Origin: Thermoplasmata archaeon
GTDB lineage: Archaea; Thermoplasmatota; Thermoplasmata; Lutacidiplasmatales; UBA184
Direction of reading: 5' to 3'
DNA: 64,000 nt
Assembly: GCA_027306505.1 (NCBI GenBank)
Contig: DAHUZP010000001.1
Span: forward strand, 120,932 to 184,931
Below the pieces are notes generated by a model that saw only the letters and a list, made by a program, of their open reading frames with translations, did no database searches and had not been told where the DNA came from. The position numbers were made by a program, and so were the translations under genes. Every line of letters starts with the position of its first letter. The first letter of the stretch is position 1. Of this stretch, positions 39,825 to 49,159 are shown in pieces.

Positions 39825-41195
39825 CTAGCCGGAAGGCTGGTGGGGTCCGGGCGCGGGGCCCCCAGGAGGAGCGGGGTAGCCCCCGTACGCGGCGAACTGT
39901 CCCCGGTGCGGGAAGTCGACCCGGGGCGGGGGCTCGCGGTCGATGGCCGCCCTCGCATCCGGGAGCAGGAGCTGGCTCAAGGGCAGGCAGGTGGCCAGAT
40001 GGTCGTTGCACCCCTTCACGAGGATACCGGCGAGCCGCCGCACGCCGGCATGCGGGTGGCCGAGCAGCCGGACGAGCTCGCTCTTCCTGTTGTAGAGGGA
40101 AGCCCGCTCGAAGTCACGGGACGAGAAGGCGGGCTTGGTCCGGCCCACCATGCGCCAGAACTGCGGGTCGACCCGGTTCAAGGTGAGGAGCAGCGTCAGG
40201 ACGAGGAAGGCGAAGGAGTCCCCTATCGCTCCGCGGTCGGGCTTCTTGGGCCATTTCGCGCGTCCACTGATCACGTCGGGGTGCTGGAACTCGGGCTGCC
40301 CGACGATGGGGGAAGGGGGCAGGTCGACCCCACGGATCCACAGGCTGTCGTAGTCGACGAGGTGGATGTCGTCCTGGCTGTCGATGAACAGGTTGTCGAA
40401 GCTGATGTCGCCGTGGGAGATCCCCAGTTCCTGGAGATGGTCCGCGAGGGAGAGCACGTTCTGGGTGAGGCGGCGGTACCTCCAGTCGCGCTCGGCCGGC
40501 TCCAGGGTGTCGAGCATCCGCATGTGCTCGTCGAGCGAGGTCCCGGAGGCCCGCTCCATCACGAGGGCGGGGAACCACTCGGCCCGCTTCTGGCCGTTCG
40601 CCCCGGTGAACATGATGTGGGCCCCTTGGTGATAGTACCAGGTCCCGACGAAGACCCCCTTGAGCGAGGAGGAGGTCTGCCAGACCCAGCGCGTGATCGC
40701 AGAGTAACGGGCGTCCGCTGCCGGTAGCCACTGGGTGTGGTAGAGCCGAAGGATCATCGGCGTGGGGTTGTTGTGGCCGAAGAGCAACTGGAAGACGATG
40801 GCGTATCGCCCGCAGGAGCGCCAGGGTGGGCGCGAGGGGTGCGGGAAGGTCATGGGCCGGAAACGGACGTCCAACGGGATTGCCCCCCGCAGGGGGGGAG
40901 CGGCCGTGTGGGGGAAATGGGTCAGCGCCTGGACCACCTCGGAGGGGGAGGGCATCTCCCGACCTGGCACCTGGACCGGTCCCTTCCGACGGAAGAGCCC
41001 CCCTCCGAGCCCCCGGCGCTTCTTCGGCGGAGCGGCAGGTCGGGGGCCCGCGGGCCTCACGGCCGCCGGCGGGGGCACCGGTGGCGGACCGGCGGCCGGT
41101 GGCCCGGCCGGAGGGTGCCCGTAGGGTCGTGCGGGCGGACGTTGCGGGGGTCCCCCCGCAGCGGGCTGCCCGGTCGCCTGTTGCCCCGCGGACAT
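39825..41195 (-). CDS. Atypical Ser/Thr protein kinase-like protein (TerY-P type) with Pro-rich N-terminus
   Basis: GRYAIVFQ (Gly-loop region), LVMERASG, HGDISFDN catalytic loop, LVDYD, GQPEFQHP, DSFAF. Confidence 0.82.
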   Translation of the reverse strand: MSAGQQATGQPAAGGPPQRPPARPYGHPPAGPPAAGPPPVPPPAAVRPAGPRPAAPPKKRRGLGGGLFRRKGPVQVPGREMPSPSEVVQALTHFPHTAAPPLRGAIPLDVRFRPMTFPHPSRPPWRSCGRYAIVFQLLFGHNNPTPMILRLYHTQWLPAADARYSAITRWVWQTSSSLKGVFVGTWYYHQGAHIMFTGANGQKRAEWFPALVMERASGTSLDEHMRMLDTLEPAERDWRYRRLTQNVLSLADHLQELGISHGDISFDNLFIDSQDDIHLVDYDSLWIRGVDLPPSPIVGQPEFQHPDVISGRAKWPKKPDRGAIGDSFAFLVLTLLLTLNRVDPQFWRMVGRTKPAFSSRDFERASLYNRKSELVRLLGHPHAGVRRLAGILVKGCNDHLATCLPLSQLLLPDARAAIDREPPPRVDFPHRGQFAAYGGYPAPPGGPAPGPHQPSG

Positions 41196-41321
41196 GCTTC
41201 TGGTCCCCTGACCCCCCTGAGGCCCTCTCGATAGGAAATCGAACAGGTCTTTGAAGCCTGGGGACGGACGTGCGGCCGTTCCCCCTCAGGGTTCATCCAC
41301 CCCACCCGCCTCCTGGCCCTC

Positions 41322-41963
41322 GTGCCGGCAGGGGTGGTGGTCGCCGCGGGGGCCTCCACGCGCACGGGGGCCCGACCGAAGGCGCTCCTTCCCCACCCGG
41401 AGGGAGGAACCGCGCTGGGCCGGGTCGTGCGGACCCTGGAGGCCGCCCGGTTCTCCCCGATCGTCGTGGTCCTGGGGGCGCACGCCGATCTCCTCCGTCC
41501 TGAGGTCGAGGTGACCTCGGCCCGGATGGTCCTGCATACGGGCTGGGCGCGAGGACGCACCGGCTCCGTGAAGCAAGGCCTCCGGCAGGTTCTCGACCCC
41601 GGGGCCACGGTCCTCCTCTGGCCGGTGGACCACCCCTTCGCCTCGATAGCTACGCTCAGGGCCCTTGCGGCAGCGGCCCCCGGGGGAGAAGGCCCCCCCC
41701 TCCGCTGCTGGGTCGTGCCCGTCCATGAGGGGCGGAGGGGCCACCCGGTCCTCCTGGGAAGGGGAGCGGCGCAGGAGGTCCTCCATCTGGGCGACGACGA
41801 ACCCCTTTTCCGCTACCCCCGCTCCCATCCGCAAGACGTGGTCGAGGTACCGGTGGACGACCCGGGGGTGTTGGAGAACGTGGACACGCTCGAGGCGTTC
41901 GAACGGGCCGCGTACCGACGTCGTAGAGAACTCCCTCGAGACCCGCCTGCGGGAGGTGGCTGA
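41322..41963 (+). CDS. MocA/MobA-like molybdenum cofactor nucleotidyltransferase
   Basis: AAGASTR..PKALL, WPVDHP, GHPVL, NVDT; heads an Xdh-family cluster, so probably the cytidylyltransferase type. Confidence 0.85.
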   Translation: MPAGVVVAAGASTRTGARPKALLPHPEGGTALGRVVRTLEAARFSPIVVVLGAHADLLRPEVEVTSARMVLHTGWARGRTGSVKQGLRQVLDPGATVLLWPVDHPFASIATLRALAAAAPGGEGPPLRCWVVPVHEGRRGHPVLLGRGAAQEVLHLGDDEPLFRYPRSHPQDVVEVPVDDPGVLENVDTLEAFERAAYRRRRELPRDPPAGGG

Positions 41964-42822
41964 AGTGGACCGACGTGTGCTCCGAGAGGCGCTCCTCCTC
42001 AGCGAGCGGCATGTGCCCTTCGTGCTGGCCACGGTGGTCGACGCCCACGGCTCGGTGCCGGGAAAGAAGGGCACGACGATGCTGGTGAAGGAAGATGGGA
42101 GCCTCGTGGGGACCGTGGGGGGGGCCGGCCTCGAGGAGAAGGTCAGGTTCTTAGCCCGGCAAGCGCTGCGCCAGCGCGAGGGAGGACTGCAACGGTTCGA
42201 TCTCATGGCCTGGAAGCCAGGGGGACTTCCAAGCCTGTGCGGAGGCAGCGTGGACATCTCGCTCCAGTATGTGGCAGCCCGCCCCCACCTCTTGCTCTGG
42301 GGCGGCGGTCACGTCGCCCTCGCGCTCTCCCGGCAGCTCGCGCTCCTGGACTACGACTACTCCGTCGCCGACGATAGGGCCGATTACACCACGACCGAGC
42401 GGTTCCCCTCGGCGAAGCACCGGTGGAGCGTCGCCCCTTCGGAGCTCCTGGGCGCGATCGAGGCGTCGGGGGACCGCTTCAGCCACGCTTATCTTCTCGG
42501 CTACGACGCGAAGAAGGACGAGGAGGTGGCCTTCCGGTTGTTGCCGAGCTTCCCCGGGCACGTGGGGCTCATCGCGAGCCGTACGAAGCGCGAGCTCACG
42601 CTCAAAGCGCTCCGGGCACGCGGGCTCCCCACCGAGGTCGTCTCCCGGTTGCGATGCCCGGTGGGCGTCCCGCTGCGTGCGGAGACCCCCGAGGAGATCG
42701 CGGTGAGTATCGTCGGAGAGGTCATCCAGGACGTCCACCCCGCCCCCGAGCGCGGAACGGCCTCATCCAAGGCGGAGGAGGCCGCCCCGGCCCATGTCGA
42801 AGAAGGTCCCGGTCACGCTTAG
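41956..42822 (+). CDS. xdhC: XdhC/CoxI-family Moco maturation chaperone
   Basis: LATVV...GSVP, GTVGGAGLE, CGG, WGGGHVA, GLIASR, PVG..AETPEEIAVSI. GTG at 41956. Confidence 0.88.
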   Translation: MAEVDRRVLREALLLSERHVPFVLATVVDAHGSVPGKKGTTMLVKEDGSLVGTVGGAGLEEKVRFLARQALRQREGGLQRFDLMAWKPGGLPSLCGGSVDISLQYVAARPHLLLWGGGHVALALSRQLALLDYDYSVADDRADYTTTERFPSAKHRWSVAPSELLGAIEASGDRFSHAYLLGYDAKKDEEVAFRLLPSFPGHVGLIASRTKRELTLKALRARGLPTEVVSRLRCPVGVPLRAETPEEIAVSIVGEVIQDVHPAPERGTASSKAEEAAPAHVEEGPGHA

Positions 42823-43282
42823 GGTGAACGGCGAGGAGCACGAGCTCCATCTTCCGCCCCAGCGGGTGCTCCTGGATGTGATCCGGGAGGACCTCAACCT
42901 CACAGGAACCAAGCGAGGATGCGACCTCGGTACGTGCGGCTGCTGCGCGGTGCTGGTCGACGGCCAGCCCGTCCTCTCCTGCCTCGCCCTCGCGAAGCTG
43001 AGCGAGGGCCACGAGGTCACGACCATCGAGGGGATCTCCGCCCCCGGCGCTCTCCATCCGGTCCAGAAGGCCTTCATCGACCTCGGGGCGACCCAGTGCG
43101 GGTTCTGCACCCCGGGGTTCATCGTGACCGCGGTCGCCTTCCTCCGCGACCACCCGAGCGCGACGAGGGAGGAGATCGCTCGGGCCCTCTCGGGGAACCT
43201 GTGCCGATGCACCGGCTACGTGAAGATCCTGGACGCGGTCGCCTCGGCCGCCCGATCGATGGCCCCTTCCGGGGAGGCTTGA
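42794..43282 (+). CDS. Xanthine-dehydrogenase-family 2x[2Fe-2S] subunit (HcrC-like)
   Basis: GTKRGCDLGTCGCC, SC, QCGFCTPG, NLCRCTGY. Confidence 0.93.
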   Translation: MSKKVPVTLRVNGEEHELHLPPQRVLLDVIREDLNLTGTKRGCDLGTCGCCAVLVDGQPVLSCLALAKLSEGHEVTTIEGISAPGALHPVQKAFIDLGATQCGFCTPGFIVTAVAFLRDHPSATREEIARALSGNLCRCTGYVKILDAVASAARSMAPSGEA

Positions 43283-43285
43283 ACC

Positions 43286-45739
43286 ATGGCGGGTGGCCGG
43301 AGCGAGGGTCGCGCCCGGCGCCTCTCCAGCGATAGCGAGGGAGGACGCGACCTCGTGAAGGAGGTCGAGGAGAGCCGGGCGGCCGCGGGGTACCACTGGA
43401 TCGGGCAGCGGGTGCCCCTCATCGACGCGGCGCTCAAGGTGACCGGCAGGGCGGAGTACACGGACGACCTCAAGCGGCCGGGCATGCTCGTGGGCCGCCT
43501 GCTCAAGTCGACGCAGCCGCACGCGAAGCTCCTCGCGGTGGACGTGGCGGAGGCCCGGCGCCTGCCCGGGGTCGCGGCGGTGCTCACCGGTGAGCGCTAC
43601 CCCACGCCGTTCGGGGTGCTCCCGATGACGCACGACGAGACCGCCCTCGCGCTGGGGAGGGTTCGCTTCCTGGGGGAGCACGTGGCCGCCGTCGCCGCCG
43701 TCGATGAGGAGACGTGCGAGAGGGCCTTCGGGCGGATCCGGGTCGAGTACGAGCCCCTGCCGGTCTACGATGACCCCAAGGTCTCCCGGGAGAGCGTCAA
43801 GGTCCAGATCCACGCCCGGGCCCTTCGCGACACGAACCTCCAGAAGGAGGTCTTCCAGCACTTCGGCGACGTTCCCGGGGAGATCGCCAGGGCCCCGTTC
43901 AAGGTCAAGGTGAGCGGGAAGTACCTCGGAGTGACCCACGGCTTCACCGAGCCCCACTGCACCATCGCCGAGTCCACCCCGGACGGCCGTCTCACCGTCT
44001 GGTCGGCGACCCAGGTCCCGCACTACCTTCACCGCTCGCTCTCCGAAGTGCTGGGGATCCCGATGCACCGCATCCGGGTCGTCAAGCCCGAAGTTGGCGG
44101 AGGGTTCGGGGGCAAGAGCGACCCCTTCCCCCACGAGATCGCCTGCGCCGCGCTCGCGATCGAGACCGGGCGGCCGGTGAAGGTGCTCTTCGACCGTGAG
44201 GATGTCTTCTATCTCAACCATGGGCGGCACCCGACGCTGAACCAGGTGACCATCACGGCGGGCGAGGACGGGGGCTTCCGCGCGATGGACCTCGAGGCCC
44301 TTATCGACGGCGGGGCCTGGAGCTCCTTCGGGACGGTCTCGACCTACTACAACGGCGTCCTCGCGATGGGCCCCTACCGGTTCGACCACTTCCGCTACCA
44401 CGGTTGGCGGGCCTACACCAACCATCCCCCCTCCGGCGCGATGAGGGCCCACGGCGGGACGAACCTTCGCTACACGGTGGAGAGCGCGGTCGACGAGCTT
44501 GCGGTGGAGCTCGGCTGGGACCCCATCGAGCTCCGCCTCCGCAACTTCCTGACCCCGAACTGCAAGACGATCAACGAGTTCCGCATCACCTCCAACTCGG
44601 TGCGCCAGTGCATCCTCGCGGCCCGGGAGCGCTCCGGCTGGGACCGGAAGTTCCGCCAGCTGCCCTACGGGAGGGGGATCGGCGTCGCCTGTGGCTTCTA
44701 CATCTCCGGGTCCAACTCCCCCATCCACTTCACCCCGGTCTTCCCCCAGTGCACCGTGCACCTCAAGGCGGACATGGACGCCGGGATCACCATCCACTGC
44801 GGGGCCGCCGACATCGGCCAGGGCTCGAAGACGGTGCTCGCCCAGGTGGTCGCGGAGGTGCTCGGGATCCGCATGGACCGCTGCCGGGTCGCCCCCGTGG
44901 ACTCCGACACCGCCCCGGTCGACCTCGGGTCCTACTCGAGCCGGGTCACGTTCATGATGGGCAACGCGGCGCGCTCGGCCGCCGAGAACCTGAAGCTCCC
45001 GTTGCTCCAGGCCGCCTCCGAGCTGCTCGGCCACCCCGTCGAGGCGTTGGAGGCCTCCCAGGAGAGGATCCACCTGCGAGGCAGGCCCGAGGTGGGCGTC
45101 CCGTTCGTGCAGGCGCTCCACAAGGCGATCGAGCGCCGGGGAGCGCTCGTGGCCTCAGGGGCCTACTCCACCTCCCCGCTCGGGGGCACCTTCAAGGGAG
45201 CGAAGGCCGGGACCGCACCCGCCTACTCGTTCTCCGCGTACGTCGCTGAGGTCGACGTCGACGTGGAGACGGGCTTCGTCAAGGTGGAGAAGGTGTGGGC
45301 CGCCTTCGACTGCGGTCGTCCCCTCAACCCGCTCTCCGTCGAGGGACAGATCGAGGGCTCCATCCACATGGGGCTGGGACAGCTCCTCTCCGAGGGGCTG
45401 AGCTACCGAGGGGCGCGTCTCATGAACCCCTCGTTCCTGGACTACAAGATCCTCACGCCCCAGCAGATGCCCGAGGTCGAGTGCCTGCTGGTCGGGGAGG
45501 ACGACCCCGAGGGACCCTTCGGGGCGAAGGAGGCCGGGGAGGGCCCCCTCGTCGCGGCCCTTCCCGCGGTCGGGAACGCGATCTACGATGCGATCGGCCT
45601 GCGGTTCCTGGACCTCCCGATCACGCCGGACAAGGTGGTCCGGGCGCTGGAAGGGCAGCAGAAGAAGGGGGGCGGAGTCAAACCCGCGCCTCCCACGCGG
45701 CCCTCATCCGTGGGTCGGGGGACCTCCGGTTCCGCCTAG
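43286..45739 (+). CDS. Xanthine-dehydrogenase-family molybdopterin subunit (HcrA-like)
   Basis: KVTGRAEY, TQVPH, VGGGFGGK, GRHP, GAMRAHG, DIGQG, SYSSR, GQIEG, GAKEAGE. Confidence 0.92.
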   Translation: MAGGRSEGRARRLSSDSEGGRDLVKEVEESRAAAGYHWIGQRVPLIDAALKVTGRAEYTDDLKRPGMLVGRLLKSTQPHAKLLAVDVAEARRLPGVAAVLTGERYPTPFGVLPMTHDETALALGRVRFLGEHVAAVAAVDEETCERAFGRIRVEYEPLPVYDDPKVSRESVKVQIHARALRDTNLQKEVFQHFGDVPGEIARAPFKVKVSGKYLGVTHGFTEPHCTIAESTPDGRLTVWSATQVPHYLHRSLSEVLGIPMHRIRVVKPEVGGGFGGKSDPFPHEIACAALAIETGRPVKVLFDREDVFYLNHGRHPTLNQVTITAGEDGGFRAMDLEALIDGGAWSSFGTVSTYYNGVLAMGPYRFDHFRYHGWRAYTNHPPSGAMRAHGGTNLRYTVESAVDELAVELGWDPIELRLRNFLTPNCKTINEFRITSNSVRQCILAARERSGWDRKFRQLPYGRGIGVACGFYISGSNSPIHFTPVFPQCTVHLKADMDAGITIHCGAADIGQGSKTVLAQVVAEVLGIRMDRCRVAPVDSDTAPVDLGSYSSRVTFMMGNAARSAAENLKLPLLQAASELLGHPVEALEASQERIHLRGRPEVGVPFVQALHKAIERRGALVASGAYSTSPLGGTFKGAKAGTAPAYSFSAYVAEVDVDVETGFVKVEKVWAAFDCGRPLNPLSVEGQIEGSIHMGLGQLLSEGLSYRGARLMNPSFLDYKILTPQQMPEVECLLVGEDDPEGPFGAKEAGEGPLVAALPAVGNAIYDAIGLRFLDLPITPDKVVRALEGQQKKGGGVKPAPPTRPSSVGRGTSGSA

Positions 45740-45805
45740 GACGTTCGGGAACAGGGAGCGAAGGTCGGACGCCGAGATAGCGCGGTCGATAGGAGGAAGG
45801 TCAGG

Positions 45806-46789
45806 ATGCATCTCGATGCCTTCGAGCTCCATCAGCCCGCGACGGTGGAGGAGGCCCTGGCGATCGCGAGCGCCCACCCAGGCCGCTTCGATTTCCTCGC
45901 CGGGGGCACGGACCTGCTCCCGAACTACAAGATGCACCTCAACCTGCGGCCCCAGCTCATCTCCCTGGACCGCGTCCAGGAGCTGCGCGCCTTCCGGCCC
46001 GAGCAGGGTTGGATCGGTTCGATGGTCCGGCTCCGAGAGCTGGAGAGCTCGCCGACCCTTCGGGAGCGCCACACGGCGTTGGCACAGGCGGCTTCCGAGG
46101 TCGCGACCCCCCTCGTACGGGCGAGCGGCACGGTGGGCGGGAACCTGCTCGTCGAGACCCGTTGCTTCTTCTTCAACCAGTCCCAGCCCTGGAGGGAAGC
46201 GCTGGGGTTCTGCCTCAAGGCGGACGGCGACCGGTGCCACGTGGTACCGCAGAAGGAGCGTTGCTACGCGACCTTCTCCGGTGACCTCGCTCCCGCGCTG
46301 ATGGTCCTCGGGGCTCGAGTGGAGGTGGCCGGGAGCTCCGGCCGCCGGCGCCTCCCCGTCGCGGAGCTCTACGACCCCAAGGGCGATGGGATCCGCCGCA
46401 CGCTCCTCGCCCCGGGCGAGGTCCTGGTCGGCGTGGAGGTCCCCAAGGGCGATGGACGGGAGCGCTCGAACTACGCGAAGCTGAGGGTACGTCCCTCCTT
46501 CGATTTTCCGGAGCTCGGGGTCGCGGCCGCGCTCACGATGAAGGACGGGAGGGTCGAGCGGCTGGAGATCGCCCTGGGAGGCCTCGAGGCCCGCCCCCGG
46601 CTCATGAGGAAGGAGACCGAGCCCCTGGTGGGAGAGCGTCTCACGGAGGAGAGGGTCCGAACCCTCTCCGAGGAGGTCCGACGGTCCGTGCGGCCGGTCC
46701 ACAACACCTACCTCGCACCGGACTACCGAAGGAAGATGACGGGGGTGTTCGTGCGCAGGGCGCTCCTTGCCCTGCGCCCTTCCACTTGA
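45806..46789 (+). CDS. FAD subunit with [4Fe-4S] insertion (HcrB-like)
   Basis: LAGGTDL, GTVGGNL, and C-x15-C-x7-C-x8-C insertion. Confidence 0.9.
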   Translation: MHLDAFELHQPATVEEALAIASAHPGRFDFLAGGTDLLPNYKMHLNLRPQLISLDRVQELRAFRPEQGWIGSMVRLRELESSPTLRERHTALAQAASEVATPLVRASGTVGGNLLVETRCFFFNQSQPWREALGFCLKADGDRCHVVPQKERCYATFSGDLAPALMVLGARVEVAGSSGRRRLPVAELYDPKGDGIRRTLLAPGEVLVGVEVPKGDGRERSNYAKLRVRPSFDFPELGVAAALTMKDGRVERLEIALGGLEARPRLMRKETEPLVGERLTEERVRTLSEEVRRSVRPVHNTYLAPDYRRKMTGVFVRRALLALRPST

Positions 46790-47274
46790 CGCGAGGGAGC
46801 GGGAAGCGTTCCAGCTCCTCGAGGGCCTCCTCACCCTCCCGACCCGCTGCGCCGAGGGCACCCGACGGCACGGAAGAGGTCGCCTTCGAGCTCATCGAGA
46901 TCGAGAAGCTCCGGCCCCACGAGCAGGTCGAGCTCGAGGTGGTGGACCGGGTGCACGCGGACCTACAGAAGGAGGGACGCATCCGCGAGCCGATCCTGGT
47001 CTCCAAGGAGGAGTTCGTGGTCCTCAACGGGCACCACCGGGTGGCCGCCCTGACCCGACTGAGGGCCCGTCGGGTGCCCGCCTGGGTCGTCCGGTACATG
47101 AGCGAGATGGTCGAGCTCGACCGCTACCCCGGTTCGACCTACCCGGGGTCCGTGACGAAGAAAGAGGTCATCGCGCACGCCCTTTCCGCACGGCTCTTCC
47201 CACCGAAGACGACCCGACACCGCCTGCGCAAGGGCCTGCCGGACCGGCACACCGACCTCAACGACCTGATGTAG
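46786..47274 (+). CDS. ParB/Srx-fold protein resembling a shortened free serine kinase SerK/SbnI
   Basis: LRPHEQ, PILV, VLNGHHR, TKKEV, FPPKTTRH. Confidence 0.75.
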   Translation: MTRGSGKRSSSSRASSPSRPAAPRAPDGTEEVAFELIEIEKLRPHEQVELEVVDRVHADLQKEGRIREPILVSKEEFVVLNGHHRVAALTRLRARRVPAWVVRYMSEMVELDRYPGSTYPGSVTKKEVIAHALSARLFPPKTTRHRLRKGLPDRHTDLNDLM

Positions 47275-47395
47275 CCCCCCTCGGCACCATGGAGGGGCCG
47301 ATGTGGGGCTTGCGGGTGAGGCGACCTCCCATGCACCCCCGAGGGCCTCCATCCCCCCAAGGCGGGCCGAGGGAGGACTCACATAGCTCCCGCAT

Positions 47396-48226
47396 GTGAG
47401 GAAGGACCGAGCCGTGACCCCCTCCACCCCGTCCTCACCCGCGGCGGCTCCCGCGCCCGCCGCTGGGGACCCCCAGCGGGCCGCCTCCGGACCGGAGCCC
47501 AGGTTCGCCGTGGTGGTCACGGTCAAGAACGGAAGGAAGTGGATCGAGGAAGCGATCGGCTCGATCGCCCCCGCGCTCAGCCCCGGGGGCGAGCTCGTCG
47601 TCGTGGACGCGGTCTCGACGGACGGGACGACCGAGTACCTTCGGGGCCTCACCGTACAGCTTCCGCTCCGTCTGGTCGTCGAACCCTGCAGCATGGGCAA
47701 GGGACGGGACCGGGGCGTTCGAGCGACCCATGCTCCCGTCGTCGTGACCCAGGCGGATGCGGACGTGCGCTACCGTTCCGAGGCGTTCCGGGAGGGTCTT
47801 CGCACGCTCGACGAGCACCCTCGCGCGGGGCTGGTGCTCGTCATCGGCCGGCACGATCCCGACCCCGATGGGACGAAGCTCTTCGTGTGGCGACGGGAGT
47901 TCTACCTCTCCACGCCCGGGTACCCCGACGCCAACATGGCGGACGACGTGGTCGCCCTGCGCCAGGCGCTGCAGCGGGGGAAGGTCGCCCGCTGCCTCGT
48001 CGATCGCGTGGGGGATGACCTTCGTGTCGCGAGCCGCGCCTATGTCGCGGTCCAGGACCCGTGGAAGAAGGGTCCGGGCTTCCTCCGCCTCTCCCGTCGC
48101 CGTTACACCCAGGGGTGGAACTGGCGGACCTACGTGCGTTTCCTCTGGGCCACCCGACGCACCCTCCCGCGCTTCCTCGCCGGCTTCGCCCTGGCGAGCG
48201 TGGCCCGGCTCGCGCCCGCTCCCTGA
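47396..48226 (+). CDS. GT2 glycosyltransferase
   Basis: VVVTVKN, VVVDAVSTDGT, DAD motif, ADD. Confidence 0.85.
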   Translation: MRKDRAVTPSTPSSPAAAPAPAAGDPQRAASGPEPRFAVVVTVKNGRKWIEEAIGSIAPALSPGGELVVVDAVSTDGTTEYLRGLTVQLPLRLVVEPCSMGKGRDRGVRATHAPVVVTQADADVRYRSEAFREGLRTLDEHPRAGLVLVIGRHDPDPDGTKLFVWRREFYLSTPGYPDANMADDVVALRQALQRGKVARCLVDRVGDDLRVASRAYVAVQDPWKKGPGFLRLSRRRYTQGWNWRTYVRFLWATRRTLPRFLAGFALASVARLAPAP

Positions 48227-49159
48227 TCAGGGAGCGTTCGCGCCGGGGCTCTTCAGGGGTCCGGGCCCCACCGGTGCGTGGGCCCGGCCCCTCTGGAGGA
48301 GCAGGAGCCCTACGAGGATCGCGGCAAAGCCTCCCAACTGGACCCACGCGTACTGTTCCCCCAAGAGGCTCACCCCGAACACGACCGCCGCAGCAGGGCT
48401 GACGAAGCTCACCAGGTTCGCCCGCCCCGGACCGACCCGTCGGTGGAGCTCGAAGTAGATCGCGAACCCCAGCGCCCCCGCGACCCCGGCGAGGTAGACC
48501 AACGCGAGGATGGGCCAGGGCCCTGGGGGAAAGTACGGGTGAGGCTCGAAGACGAGGACGAAGGGGAGGGCGAAAGCTCCACCCGCTAGGAACTCCACCC
48601 CGGCGCCCCAGTACCCTTCCCCGCCCTTCCTCCACTTCCGAAGGAGGACCGACCCCAGAGCGAAGACGAAGGCGGCCCCGAGCACCGACAAGAGCCCGAG
48701 CACGGAGGAGCCCTGCTCATGGAGGAGCTCCGGCTCGAACAGCAAGGCGACTCCGAGGAAGCCTACCCCGAGACCCAGCGCACCTGTCCGCCCGAACGCC
48801 TCGTGCCGCAGAAGGGCGAGGGACAGGACGGCGGTGAGGAGCGGGGAGGCCGCGACCAGCACTCCTGCGAGCCCTCCCGTGATGTACTGCTCCCCCCAGA
48901 AGAGCATCACCTGGTACCCTCCCATCACGAACGCCCCGCCGAGGAGTGCGGAGATGAGCAGTTCGCGCGGTGGAGGGAGGCGCTCCCGCCGGGCCAAGGC
49001 GAACCCTCCCATCAACGCCGAGGCGAGGAGCATCCGGGCCATCACGAAGAAGAAGGGCGTGGCCCCGTCGCTCAGGACGAACCGGATCGCGATGAAGGCC
49101 GAGCCCCAGACGATCCCCAGGAGGACCAGGAGCCCCATATAGGAACGCTCGGAAGTCAC
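48227..49159 (-). CDS. DMT/EamA family transporter
   Basis: WGSAF; two EamA repeats with about 10 TM segments; LLGE. Confidence 0.9.
   Translation of the reverse strand: MTSERSYMGLLVLLGIVWGSAFIAIRFVLSDGATPFFFVMARMLLASALMGGFALARRERLPPPRELLISALLGGAFVMGGYQVMLFWGEQYITGGLAGVLVAASPLLTAVLSLALLRHEAFGRTGALGLGVGFLGVALLFEPELLHEQGSSVLGLLSVLGAAFVFALGSVLLRKWRKGGEGYWGAGVEFLAGGAFALPFVLVFEPHPYFPPGPWPILALVYLAGVAGALGFAIYFELHRRVGPGRANLVSFVSPAAAVVFGVSLLGEQYAWVQLGGFAAILVGLLLLQRGRAHAPVGPGPLKSPGANAP

Noticed and set aside
43286-45739. Aerobic CO dehydrogenase CoxL
   Set aside because: The active-site loop reads AMRAHG, not AYxCSFR (form I) or AYRGAGR (form II).
46786-47274. ParB chromosome-partition protein
   Set aside because: No HTH or dimerisation domain and no parA. 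The PHE and PKTTRH motifs point to the SerK/SbnI branch.
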